Shown here in pieces: positions 1-8,239 of a stretch of DNA of 11,571 bases. Under the pieces are notes generated by a model, which worked only from the letters and a program-made list of their open reading frames with translations, was not told the DNA's origin and searched no databases. How positions within the stretch are numbered: the first letter of the stretch is position 1; each line of letters opens with the position of its first letter. Source of the DNA: an uncultured Deferribacteres bacterium. Its GTDB lineage: Bacteria > Zhuqueibacterota > Zhuqueibacteria > Zhuqueibacterales > Geothermadaptataceae. The stretch is from the NCBI GenBank assembly GCA_964014485.1, contig CAXHAT010000223.1, forward strand, positions 1-11,571, given 5' to 3'. The position numbers and the translations under genes are program-made.

Positions 1-47
1 CTACACCAAGAAGCTCGTCGGCAGCGTCAGATGTGTATAAGAGACAG
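1..47 (+). other. Illumina Nextera adapter read-through (P5 tail + 8-nt i5 index + Read1 adapter with Tn5 mosaic end); sequencing artefact
   Basis: CTACAC (3' end of P5, 1-6) + CAAGAAGC (index position, 7-14) + TCGTCGGCAGCGTC (15-28) + AGATGTGTATAAGAGACAG (Tn5 mosaic end, 29-47). Exact match to the Nextera layout; it abuts the interrupted fumC frame. Confidence 0.98.
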
Positions 48-826
48 CCGGTAAACTCAACGCCGGTTCGACGTGAAATTTTCGCGATTGCAACGCCGGG
101 AAATTCTTTTGGCGTGTTCAAGCCTGTGCCGACAGCAGTTCCGCCCAACGCCAGCTCCGCCAAATGCGGAAAAACGCCGTTGATGCGCGCAATGGCGTGC
201 TGAATCTGCGAAGCGTAGCCACTGAATTCTTGCCCAAGCCGTACCGGCACCGCGTCCTGTAAATGTGTGCGGCCAATTTTCACAACGTCATCAAATTCCG
301 CCGCTTTTGCGTCCAGCGCTTTGTGTAAATATTCAAGCGCGGGCAGAAGATCGTTTCTCAGACTTTCCAGCGCTGAAATATGCAGCGCCGTCGGAATGAC
401 GTCGTTGCTGGATTGCCCCATGTTGACGTGATCATTCGGATGCACGGGCTTTTTGCTGCCGATTTCGCCGCCAAGAATTTCAATGGCGCGGTTGGCAATA
501 ATTTCGTTGGTGTTCATGTTCGTCGAGGTGCCGGAGCCGGTCTGGTAGACGTCGACGACAAAGTCCTCGTCGAACTTTCCGTCGATCACCTCGCTGGCCG
601 CGTGAATAATCGCGTTGCCTAGCTTCTCTTCCAATAATCCAAGCTCGATGTTCGCCTCCGCCGCCGCCGCTTTGATCACGCCCATAGCGCGAATAAACTC
701 CCGCGGCATTTTGCGCCCGCTGATCGGGAAATTGTCCAACGCACGTTTCGATTGCGCGCCGTAGTAAGCGCTTTTGGGCACTTGAACTTCTCCCAAAGAA
801 TCCGTTTCTATGCGATATTCAGACAT
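48..826 (-). CDS. fumC: Class II fumarate hydratase, 5' part (cut off by contig end/adapter)
   Basis: Not in the ORF track. Manual translation from ATG at 826: MSEYRIETDSLGEVQVPKSAYYGAQSKRALDNFPISG...DVYQTGSGTSTNMNTNEIIANRA...HPNDHVNMGQSSNDVIPTA...KIGRTHLQDAVPVRLGQEFSGY...LALGGTAVGTGLN. QTGSGT favours FumC over aspartase (QGGAGT). RBS GGAGGAG at 834-840 (-). Confidence 0.93.
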
Positions 827-860
827 TTTAACACTCCTCCGTCTCAAAATTCAAATTTTT

Positions 861-1107
861 AACTGATGTTACGCACGCCAATACAATTCCTGAAGCTTAA
901 GCGCAGCATCATCTCATTAGCGCCGGGCTTCAGCCCGGTGACATGTGAAACGCCCGCGATCCTCTCTTCCGCCGCACCGGCGCGGCGGAAGAGAGAAGAA
1001 GGCAAGCCTTCTGGAATCTCCGCTCTGAAGAGCGGAGCTAATGAGAATCAAAAACAGCTTGCAGTATTATATTGGTCGCCCGAAACGTTGAACGCGTAAC
1101 ATAAGTT
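861..1107. repeat. Composite nested inverted-repeat element (REPIN/MITE-like) with two TTAG-led REP-like hairpins and central hairpins
   Basis: Nested IR pairs: 861-874/1094-1107 (13/14), 878-887/1066-1075 (9/10), 893-897/1056-1060, 912-921/1037-1046 (10/10). Internal hairpins: 921-940, 962-995 (14-bp perfect stem), 997-1012, 1018-1037. Confidence 0.8.
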
Positions 1108-1108
1108 T

Positions 1109-1378
1109 TTAATTGTAGACTTTTTTCGGCGTTGCGTAAACGACGATTTTTTCCGGGGTTGTGGAAATGAAATAATCTCGCTCCTCCGTAAAGCGCCAGC
1201 ACCCATGATCACACGCGCGATCCAACCGCTCGACCTCCACACTTACCGGTTTTGCTCGAAACCGCGCGGCGATCAGCTTTGAAATTTCAACGGCGGAAGA
1301 CAGCCGCGCCATCAAGTAAGCGGCAATGTAAACCCGTCGACTTTTGCGGGCGAGAAGGCGTTTTTTGCGAGTTTTCAT
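1109..1378 (-). CDS. Hypothetical small basic protein (89 aa), possibly leaderless
   Basis: ORF MKTRKKRLLARKSRRVYIAAYLMARL...CDHGCWRF...KKVYN fills the gap between the repeat element and the glpK upstream region. No SD, but the ATG lies 7 nt downstream of a TACAAT -10 box. No family recognised. Confidence 0.4.
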   Translation of the reverse strand: MKTRKKRLLARKSRRVYIAAYLMARLSSAVEISKLIAARFRAKPVSVEVERLDRACDHGCWRFTEERDYFISTTPEKIVVYATPKKVYN

Positions 1379-1384
1379 GGCGGT

Positions 1385-1413
1385 ATTGTACAAAAATCAG
1401 CACATGTGCGCAA
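1385..1413 (-). promoter_or_regulatory. Putative sigma70-type promoter TTGCGC-N17-TACAAT
   Basis: Minus strand: -35 TTGCGC (1413-1408), 17-nt spacer, -10 TACAAT (1390-1385). Palindrome GCACATGTGC (1400-1409) overlaps the spacer and -35. Confidence 0.5.
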
Positions 1414-1483
1414 TCTCTTTATGATCACAATTTCTCGTGACGACAATGCGTCGAGTCTGTTGGCGGCAATCGCTTGCGAATAA

Positions 1484-3031
<1,548 letters not shown>

Positions 3032-3162
3032 TCCGCGTTGATTTGGATGATTGAAATGATGGGATTTTGCATTGGCAGCGCTTGTAGTCTTGGCCGGAAG
3101 CAATTCCAAAGTTAAACGCTTCAGCGTGTGCGTGTGGCTTACTGTCATTCGCAACGATCAAA

Positions 3163-3288
3163 GTGGGGGCTGTCCAAAAAGCATGGTCTCTGAATGAATG
3201 ACATACCAAATGTAGGGGGTCAAAATTTTGAACCCCTACGACATTTTGTGTCGCACTCCAAAAATATTATGTTTTGAGACAGCCCCAC
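3163..3288. mobile_element. Putative MITE (~126 bp) with imperfect terminal inverted repeats
   Basis: Left end GTGGGGGCTGTCCAAAAAGCAT (3163-3184) vs reverse complement of right end GTGGGGCTGTCTCAAAACAT (3269-3288). Non-coding, between convergent genes. No clear target-site duplication. Confidence 0.55.
3212..3239. repeat. GTAG-type REP palindrome (28 nt)
   Basis: GTAGGGGGTCAAAATTTTGAACCCCTAC is a palindrome with one mismatched pair and GTAG...CTAC ends. Confidence 0.75.
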
Positions 3289-3336
3289 CCTGGAAGGAGT
3301 TATGCAGAAGCTTAGCCGCCGTTCTCTTGTCATCGT

Positions 3337-3657
3337 TTATTTTGCGCCCAAAATTTCTTCAAGAAACGGAACCGCGCCTTCGGGGCCGGACAAAGTCAGC
3401 CAAACCGGGCCTTCGTCGGCGGTAACTTGCAGTTGAAAGTCCAGGAACCGGCAACATTTTCTCTCTTTGTTTATCACCTCAACAATGCTCGCAAGCAGTC
3501 CGTCCGAAGCCTCAAAACGGAATGCAATTCCACCGGCCAAACGCTTGGTCTCTTGAACCTTCTCGAAGAGCGTTTTTAAAGTCGTTTCCTTGCGATCTTG
3601 CAACTCTTGAGAGTCAAGCGAGCAAACGATCGGCAGCGTTTTTTGACGCGTTTCCAT
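3337..3657 (-). CDS. Conserved small hypothetical protein with PIVCSL and ERKCCRFLDF motifs (possible metal-binding protein)
   Basis: 106 aa. The pattern PI.C.L...R...G..FRF...E..CC.FL.F.L...V.L.L.GPEG resembles uncharacterised Cys-Cys proteins I recall near heavy-metal MerR regulators. Its ATG overlaps the GH20 stop (TAATG, 3655-3659). Confidence 0.8.
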   Translation of the reverse strand: METRQKTLPIVCSLDSQELQDRKETTLKTLFEKVQETKRLAGGIAFRFEASDGLLASIVEVINKERKCCRFLDFQLQVTADEGPVWLTLSGPEGAVPFLEEILGAK

Positions 3658-5642
3658 TATTTTACCTTTTTCATCAATTTTTCAATTCCCTTCAGAATCA
3701 TCAATTCCGTCTCGCCGCGCGGCTGCTTCGCTTTTTCAATAATCTTCGCGTTGGTCTCGAACCAATTCTTGCCGCGAGACCGCCCTGCCCCTACTGCTTT
3801 CAGCGCTTGCAGACCAATCGAAGCAGTTTTCGACAAATCTTCCGACATCGATTCAATCTCTTTTAAAACAGGCGACTCTTTGATGATCGGTAATAGCCGA
3901 GCATGATTTGATTCCCATTCCGAGAATCTCATTTTCAGACTAGAGCGCAAATCTTCGTCAGCTAAATTGTTGAGCCACAGCGTCACATCGTTGCGAAATT
4001 CCCGCGCCGCCTTGGCGTCCGGCTGCGCTGCGTCGACAACGCGAGTGAATGGGTGGAAACTTCGGTAATCACGATGCGTGTGTCGCGTGTAAATTTTAAT
4101 CGGCTCCAAGACGTCCACGAGAACGCGCAGCGGCTCAACGTCTCGGCGGTTTGCCAAACGACGCAGCATCATTTCATAGTTTTTTTCATGGGTCAAACCC
4201 AGCGACTCAAGCTGCAAACTGATCACGTCTAATCGGCGGTACATGTCCCCCACATCGTTGACGGAGCTTGGCGACCACAGGCGTTCGGCAATCGCGGCGG
4301 TGCGCGGCCAAATGCGCGAATCGATATTTTCAACCGTGACAAGCTCGGCCCACATTGTCGTTTCGCCGCCCAAAACGCGTTTTTTCTCATCATCGGAAAG
4401 TTTTGATTTCGCGGGCAAAGGATCGTTTTTGTAGTGGAAGCTCGTCGGCTGAATTAAATCGATGTAATAACCATTGGAAAGGATGCTCGAATAGCCTTGT
4501 TGCGCAGCATCTTCCAGCGCTTTCTTGCCCTGCCAGGATTGAATTACGATGTTTTTCGGCATGCCTTCTTGTAAGATTTCATCCCAGCCGACCATCTTTT
4601 TTTCACACTTGGTCAAAATCTCAAGCAATCGTTTATTAAAATAAGTCTGCAGATCGTTGTTGTTTTTGAGGCCTTTCGCAGCTTTGAACTTTTGCAGTTC
4701 AGCATTTTTGTCCCAGTGCTTCCCGTTATTTTCATCGCCGCCAATGTGCAGGTATTCGTCCGGAAACAGCGCGGCCATTTCAGCAAAAAATTGTTCCAAA
4801 AGTTTGTACGTGCTCTCTTTTCCCGGATCAAACGACGGGTCTTTGATTCCGTACCCGCGTTCAATTTCGTACGGGCCAGGCTGACTTGCCAACTCAGGAC
4901 GCCCGACCAACCAACTCGTGGCATGGCCAGGCATGTCAAATTCCGGCACGATGCGTACGCCGCGAGCGTCTGCATAAGCGATGATTTCGCGGATTTGTTC
5001 ATAGGTAAAATAGTTGCCGTCCGAACCAAGTTCGTGCAGTTTCGGAAACGTTTTGCACTCAACACGAAAGCCTTGATCTTCGGTCAAATGTAAGTGCAAA
5101 ACGTTCATTTTTACCGCCGCCATACCGTCGATATTGCGTTTGATAACGTCTATCGGCAGCCAATGACGGCAGACGTCCATCATCAAGCCCCGCCACGGAA
5201 AACGAGGCTTGTCAGCAATTTCAACCGCCGGAAAATAGTAACCGTTTTCATCCGCGGCGAGCAGTTGCAACAATGTTTGCAGGCCGTGCATCGCACCGAG
5301 ATCCGTCTCAGACGCCAGACCAATTTGATCGCTTGAAATCGTCAAGGAGTACGATTCGTCTTCGTGCAACTTGACAACTCCGGGGCGCGCGCAGCTAATG
5401 ATCATTGCTCCCATTTCCGGCGCCTCCTGCGGCGTCACAAATCCTTGCTTAAGAAAAACGCCGGCGCGTTCATCCAGACGGCGCAGGGTGCGCGTGGCCG
5501 CGTCGTACAGTCTTTCGTGCGGCGAACCGACGATTGTCATTTGGAAGGCGTCGTTGAGCCTGAATTTGCCTGATGTAAAACTGATTTTTTCAGGTACAGG
5601 CATGAGATTCAGTTGTTTATCCGCCGCTTTCTCGCTCCTCAT
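3657..5642 (-). CDS. Beta-N-acetylhexosaminidase, glycoside hydrolase family 20
   Basis: N-terminal GH20b-like domain (LMPVP...DESYSL...G.MHGLQTLLQ) and catalytic domain motifs DKPRFPWRGLMMDVCRH, KMNVLHLHLTEDQGFR, PEFDMPGHA, catalytic HIGGDE, GWDEI, LGGETTMWAE, WPRTAAIAERLWS. RBS GGAG 8 nt upstream. Confidence 0.95.
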   Translation of the reverse strand: MRSEKAADKQLNLMPVPEKISFTSGKFRLNDAFQMTIVGSPHERLYDAATRTLRRLDERAGVFLKQGFVTPQEAPEMGAMIISCARPGVVKLHEDESYSLTISSDQIGLASETDLGAMHGLQTLLQLLAADENGYYFPAVEIADKPRFPWRGLMMDVCRHWLPIDVIKRNIDGMAAVKMNVLHLHLTEDQGFRVECKTFPKLHELGSDGNYFTYEQIREIIAYADARGVRIVPEFDMPGHATSWLVGRPELASQPGPYEIERGYGIKDPSFDPGKESTYKLLEQFFAEMAALFPDEYLHIGGDENNGKHWDKNAELQKFKAAKGLKNNNDLQTYFNKRLLEILTKCEKKMVGWDEILQEGMPKNIVIQSWQGKKALEDAAQQGYSSILSNGYYIDLIQPTSFHYKNDPLPAKSKLSDDEKKRVLGGETTMWAELVTVENIDSRIWPRTAAIAERLWSPSSVNDVGDMYRRLDVISLQLESLGLTHEKNYEMMLRRLANRRDVEPLRVLVDVLEPIKIYTRHTHRDYRSFHPFTRVVDAAQPDAKAAREFRNDVTLWLNNLADEDLRSSLKMRFSEWESNHARLLPIIKESPVLKEIESMSEDLSKTASIGLQALKAVGAGRSRGKNWFETNAKIIEKAKQPRGETELMILKGIEKLMKKVK

Positions 5643-6343
5643 GAATCAGTCTCCAATTCCGTAAAATCCATTTTCAATTCCGACTCGATCAACTCTTGAA
5701 GCAACGCGGCTTCTTTTTTCAATGCTTTGTAAAACTGAACATTCTGTTTTGAAACTGTGTAATAGCCGCCAAGCAGGTTTTCAGCGCGATGATCAAACGC
5801 TTCCGAATGAACGACTTTGGTCGGGTAAAAACTCGTGTGCTCAAACAAAAACGGGAACACGTAATCCTGGACAAAATCAGTCGTTATTTTGTCCAGCAAA
5901 TGCGCCGTTTCGTGCTTCTGATAATATTGCACAATTTGCGTTTTCAACTTGTGGTTCGAAATGAGATTGAGCTGCCCGCTGCCGGTGATCGCCTCGTATG
6001 TCACCGGTTTGATTGAAAACGGAGCCAGCTTATTCATCAGCAAAAGCAACGAAAAGAGGCTGTCTTTAGAGCTTTCATTTTCTGATCGCGTTCTGAAATG
6101 ATTTGTCAATTTCAGAAGGCCGGAATCATTGGTTGCGATTATTTCGTCGAATGCTTGTATGTCGTTGATAATGTCAGCTCGAAAATCTTGCAAATACTCT
6201 TTTTCAAGACGGCGATTCTTCTGCTCATCGCTCCAACTCTCCAGCAAAAAGGCCATGGAAACGCCGGCAAAAACGACAAGCAGTTCGACCAGGTAGTTCA
6301 GAATGTTTTTGTTTGAAATAAGCGAGTTCATTCTATTTCTCAT
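5639..6343 (-). CDS. Membrane-anchored hypothetical protein, DUF6090-like
   Basis: N-terminal YLVELLVVFAGVSMAFLLESW (one TM) followed by helical KEYLQDFRADIIND and TYEAITGSGQLNLISN.KLK.QIVQYY, the pattern of DUF6090-type proteins. Alternative start at 6331. Its TGA overlaps the GH20 ATG (ATGA). Confidence 0.75.
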   Translation of the reverse strand: MRNRMNSLISNKNILNYLVELLVVFAGVSMAFLLESWSDEQKNRRLEKEYLQDFRADIINDIQAFDEIIATNDSGLLKLTNHFRTRSENESSKDSLFSLLLLMNKLAPFSIKPVTYEAITGSGQLNLISNHKLKTQIVQYYQKHETAHLLDKITTDFVQDYVFPFLFEHTSFYPTKVVHSEAFDHRAENLLGGYYTVSKQNVQFYKALKKEAALLQELIESELKMDFTELETDS

Positions 6344-6608
6344 TTTGCATCAAAAAACCGGGAGAAGAATACGTCTCGAAACAATTCGAGTCAAGACGCC
6401 CCGTCTCCAATAAAAAATAAACTTTCATAAAATGTTTGAAATCACAGCATTTTGTCGGTATTTTCAAAGCCAGCAGAAATAATCGTTTAGGGCGCAACGA
6501 GCTCCGGGAGTGCAAAGATTCATCGTCGCCAGGGTTCAAGCCAACGCTGAAGTGTTTGACTCCGGAGTTATAATAGATCAGAACCGCAAGCTCAGTTGGT
6601 TAGCTTCT

Positions 6609-6656
6609 GAGCAACTTCTCACTCTGACAGGGTTCGGAACCCTGTCAGAGTTGCTC
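6609..6656. repeat. REP-like palindrome (CTGACAGGGTT...AACCCTGTCAG type)
   Basis: ACTCTGACAGGGTTC-G-GAACCCTGTCAGAGT (6621-6651) has 15-bp perfect arms. An outer pair GAGCAAC (6609-6615)/GTTGCTC (6650-6656) partly overlaps the right arm. Confidence 0.75.
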
Positions 6657-6709
6657 GATACTGAATGCCGCAAGCCGGTTGGTTAACTGAATAGTAATAA
6701 AAAGACTGA

Positions 6710-8239
6710 ATGAAAGATTCCCTCACGCTTTCCGAAATAATAGATATGGAATCGCAGCTTTTTGCAGATCGCGAACTGACGCCGGTTGAACTTGCCAAAC
6801 GAGATCGCGAAACGGCGCTCAAGCACGGCGTTGAGCGACTCACGCGTCCGCAGGCCGTGCGGCAATGGCTGTCCGGCTTCCCCTCCGACGATGCTGAAAA
6901 GCCCGGCGCTTTTGTGGAGCGGGTTTTTCGTTGGCTGAAGATTCTTTTTATCGCTTTTGGATTCATTGCAGGCGTCTCCGCCGCTTCAACCGTGCTGTCG
7001 TTCGACGGCACGTACCCCGTCAATATTGTTCATTTCCTGGCCGCCTTCGTTTTTCTGCAAGCGCTCTTTCTGATTCTGCTTGTTTTCAATATTCTACCCG
7101 GCGCAGTCGCAAGATATGTCCCTGGAAGAAACGAATTTTTGAAGCTGGTGCGCGAGTTTGGCTTTTTTATGGGCAACATTTTCGCCCGCAATTTGCCGCA
7201 ATTAAACTCAGAAAAAAGCCGTTCTTTGAGAGAAGTTTTCTCCAGAATGCGCTCTCGTTACGGACTTTACCGGTCGCTTGAGCGCTGGCTTGTGATGGGC
7301 CTGACGCAGAGATTTAGCGTCGCATTTAATGCCGGGGCGCTGCTCACCTGCCTTTATCTCGTCTTTTTCTCAGACCTCGCTTTTGCCTGGAACACCACGC
7401 TGCAAATCGAATCCAAAACGTTTCACTCCATCGTCAGCACTTTGGCTGCGCCGTGGGAAGCGTTAGCTCCAGACGCCGCGCCAACCGAAGCGTTGGTTAG
7501 CAACACCCGCTATTTTCGCATCGAGGGCGATTATCAAACCACCGGCGCGATCACTGATCCGCAGGCTGTGGGCGCATGGTGGTCGTTTTTGGTCATGTGC
7601 CTTGGAATTTACGGACTTTTGCCGCGCATCGTCATGCTCGCACTCGCCGAAGGGCGCTACAAATATCTGCTCCGCCGCATGCCGTTAGATTCCGCTGAAT
7701 TGGACGCGCTCTACGAGCGTATGACCACACCCATCGTCGAGACGGCGCCATTGGTTAAAGAGGTTAAGCGCAAAGTATTGCCGCACCCAAGCTCGCCGTC
7801 GAAGGCTATGTCCAGAGACAAAAGCTGCGAGGTCATCGTTTGGGGAGAAATGAGTATCGAGCACCCACAAATAGAACAGTTGCTGAAAGAACGGTTTGGG
7901 ATGCGCGCCTTAAGCCTGCAAGAGGCCGGCGGCTTTGATGCTCTCGCCGACGAAAAAACCGCAGCGAACTTATCTCAGAACGGGAAATTGGAGAAGCCGC
8001 ACCCCGTGGTCATTTTCGCCGAATCCTGGGAAGCGCCCAGCAAGGCCATACTTTATTTTATAAAATTGCTGCGCCAAAAATTGTCGCAAAAACGTGCGAT
8101 TATCATCGCGTTGGTGAATCCTTCAAACGAGGGTTTCCTGGAACCGCCAGACAGTACCGACTGGAAAATTTGGCGGGACGCGTTGGCCGCTCTCGAAGAC
8201 CCTTACCTTCGCATTGAAGCAGCGACTGAGGCAGCATGA
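6710..8239 (+). CDS. Multi-pass membrane protein, DUF2868-like
   Basis: 509 aa with about 4 hydrophobic segments (ILFIAFGFIAGVSAA; VNIVHFLAAFVFLQALFLILLVF; AFNAGALLTCLYLVFF; WWSFLVMCLGIYGLLPRIVMLAL). Motifs AFAWNTTL and YGLLPR are typical of DUF2868 proteins. Soluble C-terminal alpha/beta region. Confidence 0.85.
   Translation: MKDSLTLSEIIDMESQLFADRELTPVELAKRDRETALKHGVERLTRPQAVRQWLSGFPSDDAEKPGAFVERVFRWLKILFIAFGFIAGVSAASTVLSFDGTYPVNIVHFLAAFVFLQALFLILLVFNILPGAVARYVPGRNEFLKLVREFGFFMGNIFARNLPQLNSEKSRSLREVFSRMRSRYGLYRSLERWLVMGLTQRFSVAFNAGALLTCLYLVFFSDLAFAWNTTLQIESKTFHSIVSTLAAPWEALAPDAAPTEALVSNTRYFRIEGDYQTTGAITDPQAVGAWWSFLVMCLGIYGLLPRIVMLALAEGRYKYLLRRMPLDSAELDALYERMTTPIVETAPLVKEVKRKVLPHPSSPSKAMSRDKSCEVIVWGEMSIEHPQIEQLLKERFGMRALSLQEAGGFDALADEKTAANLSQNGKLEKPHPVVIFAESWEAPSKAILYFIKLLRQKLSQKRAIIIALVNPSNEGFLEPPDSTDWKIWRDALAALEDPYLRIEAATEAA

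Noticed and set aside
29..47. Tn5/IS50 end suggesting a transposon insertion in fumC
   Set aside because: It is the synthetic mosaic end embedded in the Nextera adapter, not a natural element.
48..826. fumC pseudogene
   Set aside because: The frame is open and motif-intact up to the adapter junction; the truncation is technical.
866..1099. 77-aa ORF on the + strand
   Set aside because: It lies entirely within the palindromic repeat element, has no RBS, and its translation (SLAPGFSPV..., SALKSGANE) is what REP arms give when translated.
6333..6539. 68-aa minus-strand ORF upstream of the DUF6090-like gene
   Set aside because: No RBS, no recognisable motif, non-ATG start, and it spans an AT-rich probable promoter region.
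6556..6574. TTGACT...TATAAT as a sigma70 promoter pair
   Set aside because: The spacer is only 7 nt; the -10 may be real but not with this -35.
6589..6604. AGCTCAGTTGGTTAG resembles a tRNA D-arm
   Set aside because: No acceptor stem, anticodon arm or properly placed T-arm follows; a cloverleaf cannot be built.
6584..6688. Mini-CRISPR (two repeats and a spacer)
   Set aside because: Only two degenerate ~21-nt copies, the 62-nt intervening sequence is itself a palindrome, and there are no cas genes in the window.
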